From: a virus
Taxonomy: Duplodnaviria; Caudoviricetes
Direction: 5' to 3' (one strand)
IMG/VR virus record: IMGVR_UViG_3300037590_000079
Coordinates: 1-64,000 of that record
Length of the DNA stretch: 64,000 bases
In this document: positions 48,791 through 57,640 of the stretch, in pieces
How the letters are laid out: each line of letters begins with the position of its first letter
How positions within the stretch are numbered: position 1 is the first letter of the stretch
Position numbers and translations under genes: made by a program
Notes under the pieces: model-generated
Told to the model about the DNA's origin: nothing
Database searches by the model: none
Seen by the model: only the letters and a program-made list of their open reading frames with translations

Positions 48791-48923
48791 TCAGTAACCG
48801 CTGATTTTTTTTCGCACGCCCAGATAAGTCGTGCTATATATGATCTAGCTGTTTAGCTTGATAGCTAGCAGCAAGAACCCAAGCAGCCGTGATGGCAGCA
48901 GGAAGCAGAAAAGGAAGTGAAAA

Positions 48924-49838
48924 ATGGCACTTGATCCGCGCCTTCGTAAGATGGTCAGTCAGTCCAAGTCGAAATACAAGAGTAACGCCGGCGACATCCT
49001 CAAGCCCAAGGATGGGCGCAATCGCTATCGGCTGATCGCGCCGCGCCCCGAGCAGGCGAGCTGGGTTCCCGCCTCGTGCCAGTTCTGGGCGGATCTCGGT
49101 GTCCACTGGATCAAGCCCGCCGAAAACGCCAAGCCGATCGCTGTCGTCGGCGACCGCGAGATCGTCTACCAGGAGCCGAACCCGATCAACACCGCGATCA
49201 ACGCGGCCATCGATTCCGCCGTGGACGAGGAGTCGCAGGAGCTCTACAAGGGCTGGCGCTCGCGGCACACCGTGCTGGTCAACGTCGTGGATCGCGACAA
49301 CAACGACAACGAGGAGATCCTGGAACTCACGCGCAACACGTTCAGCGCCGTTCTGGATCTGATGGACATGTATGCCGAGGAGGGTCAGGATATCACCGAC
49401 CCGAACGAAGGCATCGATATCTTCATCACTCGCACCGGCAAGGGGCTCAACACCGAATACACGGTGTCGATCGCGCCGGGCAAGTCGCAGCCGATTCCCG
49501 AGGAAACCGTCACCAATGCCACGAACCTGTTCGAATTCATCGAGCAGAAATTCTTCCGCATGGGCGACGAGCAGAAGGCGCTGAACGCGATCCAGCAGAT
49601 CGCCGGCGTCGCGGTGCCCTCGCTGGAGAACAAGTCGGCAGCAAGCACGCCGACGGCGGCGCTGACCTCGTCGGCCGCGACTGTCGGTGACGCCGACGAG
49701 AGCGAGCCGGAAAAGGCCAAGGCCAAGCCCGAGACCCCGCCGCAGGCCGAGACCCAGGTTTCGGACGACGAGCTGGCAGCAAGCGGCATCGACGAAGAGG
49801 ATACCGATCAGATCCTCTCGGAGCTTGACGGAATCTGA
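48924..49838 (+). CDS. single-stranded DNA-binding protein (gp32-like)
   Basis: GRNRYRL...HW...GKGLNTEYTV, acidic C-terminal tail, biased codons. Confidence 0.65.
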   Translation: MALDPRLRKMVSQSKSKYKSNAGDILKPKDGRNRYRLIAPRPEQASWVPASCQFWADLGVHWIKPAENAKPIAVVGDREIVYQEPNPINTAINAAIDSAVDEESQELYKGWRSRHTVLVNVVDRDNNDNEEILELTRNTFSAVLDLMDMYAEEGQDITDPNEGIDIFITRTGKGLNTEYTVSIAPGKSQPIPEETVTNATNLFEFIEQKFFRMGDEQKALNAIQQIAGVAVPSLENKSAASTPTAALTSSAATVGDADESEPEKAKAKPETPPQAETQVSDDELAASGIDEEDTDQILSELDGI

Positions 49839-49881
49839 TCGCGTAGTCCCCTCACGCGGTCAGGCCACGTTCGCGTGGCGC

Positions 49882-49918
49882 AACGGGGGTGGTTCGCTTG
49901 CCACCCCCGTTTTCTTTC
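49882..49918 (+). terminator. Rho-independent terminator
   Basis: AACGGGGGTGG...CCACCCCCGTT-TTCTTTC. Confidence 0.75.
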
Positions 49919-49931
49919 AAGCGAGGCTATC

Positions 49932-50867
49932 ATGAAAAACTACTTCCTCGTGGATGGCAACAGCCTCGGGCACTTCGCCAATGCAGGTGCGCGGCTGAGC
50001 ATCGGTGAGCTTCCCGTTCAGGCCATCTACAATTTCCTCAAGAACCTGCGCAGAAGCACCGCGCTCGCGCAGCACTATCGTTTCGCGGTGCTCTGGGACG
50101 GCGCGTCGTGGCGCAACATGGAATATCCCGAATACAAGGCAAATCGCGAGAAGAAGGACACGAAAAGTGAGCGCCATCTTCATGAAATGAAGGCGATGTA
50201 TCACAAGCAGCGTCCTTACATCCAGAAGGCGCTGCGTCTTCTCGGCGTGACCCAGGTCAAGGCCGCGAACATGGAGGCCGACGATCTCGCCGCGATCATG
50301 GCGGATCGCTACGCGCGCAACGGCCGGGTCGTTCTCTGGACAGGTGACAAGGACTGGATCCAGCTCGTTCAGCCCAATGTGATCTGGCGCGATTTCGCCA
50401 ATGACAGGCGTATCAATCACGAGAATTTCGAGGAAATGACCGGTGTGAAAACACCGCGGCAGTTCGTCGAGGTGAAGGCGCTGTCCGGCGATCAGGGTGA
50501 CAATATTGCCGGTGTCGGCGGTATCGGCGAGACGGGCGCGATCCAGTTCGTCAACAAGTTCGGCAGCTTTTCCGATTTCGTGAACATGGTCACGCTGGAA
50601 AAGAGCGTCGATTTCGAGAAGCTGCCGAAGAAATACAGGGCTCTGATCGAGGACGAAACGAAGGCGCTCAGGTTCCAGGCGAATCTTGATCTGGTCGATC
50701 TGCGCACGTCCATGCGTCCCGCGCCCGTCAACTTGCAGATCGACAAGGGCGAGCCGGATGCGGAGAGATTTCGCAAGCTGTGCGACCTGTTGCTGTTCGA
50801 ATCCATCACGCGTGATCTGGACGAATGGCTGTCGGTCTTTCCCGCCTGGAGAAAGGAGCCCTCATGA
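49932..50867 (+). CDS. 5'-3' exonuclease (FEN/PolA N-terminal-like)
   Basis: LVDGNS, YKANR, EADD, TGDKD, GDQGDNIAGVGGIG. Confidence 0.9.
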   Translation: MKNYFLVDGNSLGHFANAGARLSIGELPVQAIYNFLKNLRRSTALAQHYRFAVLWDGASWRNMEYPEYKANREKKDTKSERHLHEMKAMYHKQRPYIQKALRLLGVTQVKAANMEADDLAAIMADRYARNGRVVLWTGDKDWIQLVQPNVIWRDFANDRRINHENFEEMTGVKTPRQFVEVKALSGDQGDNIAGVGGIGETGAIQFVNKFGSFSDFVNMVTLEKSVDFEKLPKKYRALIEDETKALRFQANLDLVDLRTSMRPAPVNLQIDKGEPDAERFRKLCDLLLFESITRDLDEWLSVFPAWRKEPS

Positions 50868-51118
50868 TTCCGATGCGCATTTCCAATGCCACGCGCATTC
50901 TTGCCGAAAACCAGGACGAGTATCACGCCCTCGCGATCCACGACCATCAGGACGCGCAGGGTAACAACGTGATGATCTCGCTCTGGGAGCCCACCCCGGC
51001 AGAGATCGAGCATATCAAGGCGGGTGGTCATATCCGGCTCGGTATTCTCGGCCGCATCCACCCGCCCGTTCACATCACCACGCAGGCGCCGCCTGCTGTC
51101 GAAGAAGGAGAGACGTAA
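50864..51118 (+). CDS. hypothetical phage protein
   Basis: ATGA-coupled, SLWEPTPAE...HPPV. Confidence 0.6.
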   Translation: MIPMRISNATRILAENQDEYHALAIHDHQDAQGNNVMISLWEPTPAEIEHIKAGGHIRLGILGRIHPPVHITTQAPPAVEEGET

Positions 51119-52197
51119 TGTCCAGACCCAAGGATATCGCAAGCGTTCTGGGAAGCGCGATCGGTGGCAATGACGAGGAGAGCACCGTCACGCAGTTTCT
51201 CGAAAGCGGGTTTCCGCCTCTGAACCACGCCAGCCATGCCGCCTGGGAAGGCTGCTTTCCGGTCGGCCGCATCTCCGAGATCGCCGGTCCGGCCTCGGCC
51301 GGCAAGACCGCCTTGTCCACCATCGCCATGATCAGTGCGCAGAAGGCGGGCGGTATCGCGTGCTTCATGGATCACGAGCGCAGCTTCCAGTTCACCCTGG
51401 CCAAGAAGCTCGGGCTCGACACGTCCGAAGGCCGCTTCGTCTACAAGAAGCCCAATACCTTCGAGCAGTCCATCGATATCTTCCACCGGGTCTGCTCGAC
51501 GGTGCGTGACGGGAAGCTGATCCCGAAAACCGCGCCGATCTGCTTCGTGTTCGACAGCCTTGCCGCGATGGTTCCTCAGTCGGTTCTGACTGACGCGAAA
51601 GGGAAAGAGCGCGACGCCAAGGACCGGAACATGAACGACAACACCGCCCTGGCGCGCGCCACGAGCGCACACTTTCCGGCCGTCTCGATGCTGACCGAGG
51701 AATACGATGTGGCGACCATCTTCCTTAACCAGATGCGCAACAAGATCGGCGTGATGTTCGGCGATCCGCGCAAGACCACCGGCGGCGACGCGCCCGAGTT
51801 CTACTTCGCGCAGCGGCTGTGGCTGTCGGCGAAGCAGATCAAGAAGGGCACCGAGGTGATCGGTAACGAGGTCACGGGCAAGTTCGTCAAGAACAAGGTC
51901 TCGCGGCCCTTCGTGTCGGCGTCCTGGCGCTTCATGTTCGAGGAGGACGGCTCCGGTCGCTTCGACCAGGAGCGCTCGATGATCGACTTCCTCGAAGGCG
52001 AGGGCATCCTTGAGCAGGGCTCGAAGGCCGGCACGGTGATCTGGGAGGGCAAGCAGCGCGGTCGGCAGGAGCTTGCCGACATGATCCGCTCGGCCAATGC
52101 CTTCGACCAGCTCAAGGCGCTTCTGCCGAAGGCATACGAGCCGAAGATCGTCGAGTCCGTTCCGAAAATGACGGAGGAAGCTGAAAAGCCCGGCTGA
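51118..52197 (+). CDS. recA: RecA/UvsX-like recombinase
   Basis: GRISEIAGPASAGKT, DSLAAMVP, FLNQMR.KIGVMFGDP..TTGG, KNKV. Confidence 0.9.
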   Translation: MSRPKDIASVLGSAIGGNDEESTVTQFLESGFPPLNHASHAAWEGCFPVGRISEIAGPASAGKTALSTIAMISAQKAGGIACFMDHERSFQFTLAKKLGLDTSEGRFVYKKPNTFEQSIDIFHRVCSTVRDGKLIPKTAPICFVFDSLAAMVPQSVLTDAKGKERDAKDRNMNDNTALARATSAHFPAVSMLTEEYDVATIFLNQMRNKIGVMFGDPRKTTGGDAPEFYFAQRLWLSAKQIKKGTEVIGNEVTGKFVKNKVSRPFVSASWRFMFEEDGSGRFDQERSMIDFLEGEGILEQGSKAGTVIWEGKQRGRQELADMIRSANAFDQLKALLPKAYEPKIVESVPKMTEEAEKPG

Positions 52198-52254
52198 CCC
52201 TTCTCATGCGCGCCTGTTCTGCTATAACACCTGAAATAGCAGAACAGGCGTATC

Positions 52255-52782
52255 ATGAAGGTCATAAGCATCTGGCAGCCGTTCGCCTCTCTCGTCGTTC
52301 ATGGCTGCAAGGTTTTCGAAACACGAGGATGGCCCGCGCCGCAATCGCTGATCGGTCGAGAGCTGGGTATCGCCGCGACCAAGTCGATCAATCCCGCACA
52401 GCGCGCTCACTGCGCCCAGGAGAGCTTCCAGCTGTCTTATGCTGCTACTGCCCTGCCCGAGTGGGAAACGCTTCCCAGGGGCGCTCTGCTGGGCCATGTG
52501 ACGCTCTGCGCGGTCGAGGAGATCGACGAGGAGCTTCTGGAGAACGTCTCCGTGCATGAGCAGGCGTTCGGCTGGTGGGAGCCGGGTGGATACGCCTGGC
52601 GCCTGACGAACCCGGTGATCTACCCCGAGCCCGTTCCGATCCGCGGCAGGCAGGGCATCTTCGACTGGAACGGGAATCCGTATCATGTCGGATCTTCGGA
52701 GGATGAAGCAGGCCGCCAAGGAGCTGGTCCGGGGCGGCCGGACGAACCGGAGACTTTACGGCGGCATCTACGAGCTGTCTGA
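52255..52782 (+). CDS. ASCH-domain protein
   Basis: ISIWQPFASLVVHGCKVFETRGW...RGRQGIF. Confidence 0.85.
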   Translation: MKVISIWQPFASLVVHGCKVFETRGWPAPQSLIGRELGIAATKSINPAQRAHCAQESFQLSYAATALPEWETLPRGALLGHVTLCAVEEIDEELLENVSVHEQAFGWWEPGGYAWRLTNPVIYPEPVPIRGRQGIFDWNGNPYHVGSSEDEAGRQGAGPGRPDEPETLRRHLRAV

Positions 52783-53101
52783 CGGCCGCAACGTCTACCT
52801 CGCCTATCGCTGGCGCAAGGAGATCTTCCTCAATGGCGAGAAATCCATCAACGCGGCCCTCGACAAGGGGGTCGCGTGCTGGGCGATGGACCAGGACACC
52901 CTGTTCAACATGCGGATCAGGATGATCGAGATCGTCGGGGTCTACATGCGCGACGAGCGCAATATCTACATCACCCGGCTGGAAAATTTCTTCGATACCG
53001 ACAAGTCCAGGATCATGAATTTCGAACGGCGGGGTGGTGCGTTGCAGCGATATCTTCCGCTGCAATATTTCGACATGCTCAAGGGAAGATCGAAGATTTA
53101 G
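52685..53101 (+). CDS. hypothetical protein
   Basis: ORF with typical codon usage; start uncertain. Confidence 0.6.
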   Translation: MSDLRRMKQAAKELVRGGRTNRRLYGGIYELSDGRNVYLAYRWRKEIFLNGEKSINAALDKGVACWAMDQDTLFNMRIRMIEIVGVYMRDERNIYITRLENFFDTDKSRIMNFERRGGALQRYLPLQYFDMLKGRSKI

Positions 53102-53169
53102 AAGTTCCCGCGATCATTTCGTCGCGTGTTCTGCTATAAAGTAAGTAAGACATGACATAAGAGGGGCTT

Positions 53170-53892
53170 ATGAAACAGGACAAGACAGGCCAGATCGTCG
53201 CCAATCCCAACAGCAATGGCCAGGAAATGATCAAGGCTATGGACTTCGCGATGAGGGTTCGTCCCGACCTGACCAAGTCGGTTCTTTCGAGGCTCCTCGC
53301 GTGGATGCGCGAGGATGGCGTTGTCGAGATGAAGAAGGGCGACGGTCTGGGTGTCGCCTATCACTTCGCGGAGCGCGACAAGGCCGCGTTCATGGCGTTC
53401 ATTCGTGACCAGAGAAACGTCGGTGTCGCGATCTCCGAAATCTGCAAGATGTCCTCGGGCAAGCCCATCATCGACGAGGAGATCGACGGTGTTCGTCTGA
53501 GGGCCGGAACGCGCGAGGAGGCGCGGGATCTCATTCGCATGGCGTTCGGCATCAACGAACAAATAACGGACGAGAAGAATGCCCTGATCGAGCGCGTGAA
53601 AAGTCGCGACGAGGTGATCGAGGCTCTCAAGAAGGAGCTTCGGAGGGCTGGAAGGACCAAGGACGAATATTGGCGGCGCGTGCGCATTGCCGAGCACGGC
53701 AACAAGGAGCGTGACGCGCAGATCAACAACCTGCAAGAGAATGTGGGCTCGCTGATCGAGCAGATGGCGGAACAGGGAATGCGGCCGCGTCTCAAGATCC
53801 GCTCCCCTGTCCCCCTTCCCAGGAAGAAAGCGCGCCCGTCGAAAAAGATGTGCGATGTTATCTCCGAGATCGAGAAGAGGATCATCAAGTGA
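53170..53892 (+). CDS. hypothetical coiled-coil protein
   Basis: GAGG RBS; upstream TCTGCTATAA and operator at 53142-53159. Confidence 0.65.
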   Translation: MKQDKTGQIVANPNSNGQEMIKAMDFAMRVRPDLTKSVLSRLLAWMREDGVVEMKKGDGLGVAYHFAERDKAAFMAFIRDQRNVGVAISEICKMSSGKPIIDEEIDGVRLRAGTREEARDLIRMAFGINEQITDEKNALIERVKSRDEVIEALKKELRRAGRTKDEYWRRVRIAEHGNKERDAQINNLQENVGSLIEQMAEQGMRPRLKIRSPVPLPRKKARPSKKMCDVISEIEKRIIK

Positions 53893-54965
53893 CCTATGCA
53901 GTCGTTTCCGACATTCACGCGCACGCGTGGAACCTGTTCTCCACGACGCTCGACAGCGGCGTCAACTCCCGGCTCCAGGTTGTTCTGGACGAATTGCGCA
54001 GGACGGCATCGACGCTTCGCGCAAAGGGCGGAAAGTCCCTGATCGTCGCCGGCGACGTGTTTCACAAGCGCGAATTTCTCGACCAGGAGGTGCTCAATCC
54101 GGTGCGTGCCGTGTTCCGCGAAATCGCGGAGAGCGGTATCACGGTCGTGATCATCCCCGGCAATCACGATCTCAAGTCCGAGGAGACCTGCGAGCTGTCC
54201 AGCTCGGTGCAGAATTTACGCCAGAGCACCGCGAAGGGCTCGGTGCATGTCGTCAACGAGCCCAAGATGATCGCGCTGAACGGATACATTGTCGGCCTTG
54301 TGCCCTGGCGGCCGCGGCGCGAGGATCTTCTGGCCGACATGGAAGCGCTCTCGAAGCACGGCAAGGCGGCAGAGGCCGACGTGTTCATTCATGCCGGTAT
54401 CGACGGCGTGCTCTCGGGTGTGCCGGCGAACGGGCTGACGGCGTCGGATCTTGCGGCTTTCGGCTTCCGGCGCGTTTTCGCCGGGCATTATCATCATCAC
54501 AAGGACATGGGCAGCGGCGTCTATTCCATCGGCGCCACGACGCATCACAACTGGGGTGACATCGGCACGCTCGCAGGCTTTCTCACGGTCGATGAAAGCA
54601 GTGTCGAATTCCACGACACCCAGGCGCCGAAATTCATCGATATCTCCGGCATGTCCGAGGATGACATGGAGCTTGAAGTGCCCGGCAACTACGCGCGCTT
54701 CCGTGGCCCGCAGATGTCCCAGGAGGATATCAACGCGTTTCGCAGGCAGCTGCGGGACTGGGGTGCGAAAGGTGTTTCCATCGAGGTGCCGCGCGCAGTC
54801 GTCGCCGCACGCGCACCCGCGTCATCCGGCAAGTCCCTCGCGGAGTCGCTGCGCGATTTCGTCCGGCAGGACAAGAATGTCCCGCAGCATCTCGACCGCG
54901 ACAAGATCTCCGCGCGCGCCGAGGAGGTGCTGACGGAAGTCCAGAGCGTCACGGAGGATGCCTGA
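53889..54965 (+). CDS. sbcD: SbcD/Mre11-like metallophosphoesterase
   Basis: SDIH, AGDVF, PGNHD, GHYH. Confidence 0.85.
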   Translation: MTYAVVSDIHAHAWNLFSTTLDSGVNSRLQVVLDELRRTASTLRAKGGKSLIVAGDVFHKREFLDQEVLNPVRAVFREIAESGITVVIIPGNHDLKSEETCELSSSVQNLRQSTAKGSVHVVNEPKMIALNGYIVGLVPWRPRREDLLADMEALSKHGKAAEADVFIHAGIDGVLSGVPANGLTASDLAAFGFRRVFAGHYHHHKDMGSGVYSIGATTHHNWGDIGTLAGFLTVDESSVEFHDTQAPKFIDISGMSEDDMELEVPGNYARFRGPQMSQEDINAFRRQLRDWGAKGVSIEVPRAVVAARAPASSGKSLAESLRDFVRQDKNVPQHLDRDKISARAEEVLTEVQSVTEDA

Positions 54966-55192
54966 TGGAGCAGTGGCACTGGAGCGAGTGGATCGCGCAT
55001 GACGACAAGGGCTGGCCCGAGGGCGTCGAGCCCGACGAGATCGTTCTCGCCGATATCGATGGCGACATCATGACGCCCATGCCGGCATGCCGGATTTCCT
55101 GGCACTGTCCGGGCGACCCGGTGCGCCGGTTCAGGCGGCGCATCTGGTCTGCGCCTGCACAGGCCGAAAAGACCCGCGAGCATTCCGTCTAA
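54965..55192 (+). CDS. hypothetical protein
   Basis: Coupled ORF, WSEWIAHD. Confidence 0.55.
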   Translation: MEQWHWSEWIAHDDKGWPEGVEPDEIVLADIDGDIMTPMPACRISWHCPGDPVRRFRRRIWSAPAQAEKTREHSV

Positions 55193-55243
55193 GTATCTGT
55201 TATAAGTGACTAAATGCAGAGACAAGCAAGAGGGGAAAGTCTC

Positions 55244-55618
55244 ATGGCGCAGCTTTACGATATCAGCTTCACGACCTCGAAGATCGCGAGTGTCTACGAC
55301 GAGAAAGGCAATCTCACCACGCAGCGGTCGATGAACGAACCGATCCGGCTGACCGCCCTGCCCTACAGCACCGCCAAGGCGTATAGCGGCTGCGACAACT
55401 TCGAGATGGTTCCGCACGAGCCCGAGGCACGGCGTGGGCGCAAGACGCAGTCCGGCAGGGCCAAGTGGGGCGAGGCCGCGCCGCTCAAGACCGAGCGCGT
55501 GTCGAAGGGCAAGCGGACCGGCGAGATCACCGTGACCAAGGCGGGCAAGAACAGCGGCAAGTCGAGCGTGCAGCGCGCCGCCGAAACCGGCGATTATTCC
55601 GCCGCGATCAATAAGTAA
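55244..55618 (+). CDS. basic protein with C-terminal AAETGDYSAAINK tag
   Basis: GAGGGG RBS; upstream TCTGTTATAA promoter/operator-like element. Confidence 0.7.
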   Translation: MAQLYDISFTTSKIASVYDEKGNLTTQRSMNEPIRLTALPYSTAKAYSGCDNFEMVPHEPEARRGRKTQSGRAKWGEAAPLKTERVSKGKRTGEITVTKAGKNSGKSSVQRAAETGDYSAAINK

Positions 55619-55621
55619 GGA

Positions 55622-55843
55622 GTGACGAACATGATCGATTCCCGAATGGTCGAGGAGATGGCCGACGCCGGCTACGCACCCGATTTCGACGATACCGATC
55701 CGTGGAAGCCGGAGAGCAATGTCGATGAACATCCCATCTACACCGTCGAGGAGTGGAAGATGGATGTCGCGCTCGACCAGACCCGGCTCGGATATCACGC
55801 CTACGTGAACAAGTGCCTGGCGCTTGAGGAAGCGGGGCGCTGA
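55622..55843 (+). CDS. hypothetical protein
   Basis: AAGGAG RBS, acidic 73-aa ORF. Confidence 0.55.
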   Translation: MTNMIDSRMVEEMADAGYAPDFDDTDPWKPESNVDEHPIYTVEEWKMDVALDQTRLGYHAYVNKCLALEEAGR

Positions 55844-56064
55844 TGAATGTCTCGGTTGAAATGGCGACCGGCTTCAAGCGTAACAAGGCGCGAGTGCTTC
55901 TCGATCCCGATCGCTTCAAGCGGATCGGAGATGCCGAAGTGACGCGCGCCGATGTCGAGCGCGAGCTGGGTGAGGAGGCGGCGCTGGCCTGGGAGGATGT
56001 GCAGGCTGCGCGGCGCTCCTATTGGCGGGCCGTCGAGCGCTATCTGGAACGGAGGCGCGTATGA
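55843..56064 (+). CDS. hypothetical protein
   Basis: Coupled at both ends. Confidence 0.55.
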   Translation: MNVSVEMATGFKRNKARVLLDPDRFKRIGDAEVTRADVERELGEEAALAWEDVQAARRSYWRAVERYLERRRV

Positions 56065-56678
56065 TCACGGTAACGGCTTACACGGATGGATCGTGCAAGC
56101 GCAATCCCGGTGGTCCGGGTGGCTGGGGTGTCGTTCTGCGTGCGCGCAAGGACGGCGTTCTCGTCAAGGAAGCGGAGCTGCGCGGATATTCCTACTGCAC
56201 GACCAACAATCGCATGGAGTTGATGGCCGCGATCGTGGCGCTCGAAGCGCTTGAGCATCCGGCGCAGATCAAGGTCCATTCGGACAGCAAATACGTCATT
56301 GACGGCATCTCCAAGTGGATCAAGGGCTGGAAAGCCCGGAGGTGGCGCACGAAGGCCGGCAAGGAAGTGGCGAATGTCGATCTGTGGCAGCGGCTCTGGC
56401 GCGCGCAGATGCCCCACGATGTCACCTGGAAATGGGTCAAGGGTCACAACGGGCACGAGCAGAACGAGCGCGCCGACGAGATCGCCTTCGAGATGAGCGG
56501 CGTCGCCGCAGGTGTTGTGCCGATGCCGACCTGCACGGAATGCGGCACCTCGCTCGATCAGGTGCCGTTCAACGCATGCCGCGAGCATGATCGCTTCATG
56601 CGGTTCGACATGACGGAGATGGAAATCGAGCAGGCGGTCGAGGCCGCCACGGGCGAAACAATCGGGGAGTATATGTGA
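56061..56678 (+). CDS. rnhA: ribonuclease HI
   Basis: [39 protein letters not shown]. Confidence 0.95.
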   Translation: MITVTAYTDGSCKRNPGGPGGWGVVLRARKDGVLVKEAELRGYSYCTTNNRMELMAAIVALEALEHPAQIKVHSDSKYVIDGISKWIKGWKARRWRTKAGKEVANVDLWQRLWRAQMPHDVTWKWVKGHNGHEQNERADEIAFEMSGVAAGVVPMPTCTECGTSLDQVPFNACREHDRFMRFDMTEMEIEQAVEAATGETIGEYM

Positions 56679-56869
56679 TGAAAAGCGATCTTCTGGATCT
56701 GGACATGCAGATCCACGTCGAGACGGGCAAGGCGGTGCTCGCCTCGACCAGCGGTGAAAAGGACCAGGCCGTGTGGCTGCCGCTCTCGCAGATCGAGATC
56801 GAGCGCAAGGGCGATCTCGCGGTCGTGACGATGCCGGAATGGCTCGCGGTGGACAAGGAGCTGGTCTGA
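56675..56869 (+). CDS. hypothetical phage protein
   Basis: [10 protein letters not shown]...MPEWLA. Confidence 0.6.
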   Translation: MMKSDLLDLDMQIHVETGKAVLASTSGEKDQAVWLPLSQIEIERKGDLAVVTMPEWLAVDKELV

Positions 56870-57339
56870 TGGATACGCCGAAGCCCTTCGTGCCGATCGA
56901 CGTGTATTCCGAAAGGGACAACACTCGGCACGTCAACTGCTGCTGGTCGCCCGAGCGCGGCTTCTTCGAGCCGATTACCAATGTCAGTTTCGAGGATCTG
57001 CATCTGGAAGTGGTGGACTGGCACTACTCGCCGGTCACGCTTCTGCCCGGCGCGGTCGTGTCTCATCGCAAGCGTGGCACGAATTACACGGTCAAGGCCG
57101 TGTTCTTGGCCAACGCGATCACCGCTGTGAACGACACGACCGACGGAGAGACGATCACGCTGCAACCGGACGCGGGTCATCCTGATGCGCACCCGCCGCA
57201 CAGGGTCATGGTGCAGCGCTCGACCACCCGGCACTCACCCGAATGGGCGCTCTACGAGAACAAAGATGGCATGCTGTTCGCGCGTCCCCTGTCCGAGTTC
57301 ACCGAGGATCGCTTCAAGATCCTCTACAACGGAGCCTGA
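56869..57339 (+). CDS. hypothetical protein, DUF1653-like
   Basis: HRKRGTNYTV...LY...LFARPLSEF. Confidence 0.5.
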   Translation: MDTPKPFVPIDVYSERDNTRHVNCCWSPERGFFEPITNVSFEDLHLEVVDWHYSPVTLLPGAVVSHRKRGTNYTVKAVFLANAITAVNDTTDGETITLQPDAGHPDAHPPHRVMVQRSTTRHSPEWALYENKDGMLFARPLSEFTEDRFKILYNGA

Positions 57340-57340
57340 C

Positions 57341-57640
57341 ATGGAAAGCATGGAGTTGACGCACGCGGTCGAGAATGGCCACATCGATTTTCGGATTGGC
57401 GCCGGCATCATCCATATCGACCTGATCTGGGTGGATGAGGATTCTCGCATCAGGGGTGTTGGCACCGATCTTCTTCTGAAAGTCCTGAGCCTTGCAGACA
57501 ATCTCGGCTTTTCTGTGGAGCTGGAGTCGCGCGGCGATATCGACCGGGCCGTGCTTCGCGCCTTCTACGAGAAGCACGGCTTCGTGATGGTCGATAACAC
57601 ACCCTGGATTCAGCTTATGCGCAGAGAGGTGCAACAATGA
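57341..57640 (+). CDS. small GNAT acetyltransferase
   Basis: VDEDSRIRGVGTDLL...FYEKHGF. Confidence 0.75.
   Translation: MESMELTHAVENGHIDFRIGAGIIHIDLIWVDEDSRIRGVGTDLLLKVLSLADNLGFSVELESRGDIDRAVLRAFYEKHGFVMVDNTPWIQLMRREVQQ

Noticed and set aside
56620-56678. RNase H tail [16 protein letters not shown] as a fourth copy of the AAxTGD tag
   Set aside because: Lacks the SAA[L/I]NK half and the spacing differs
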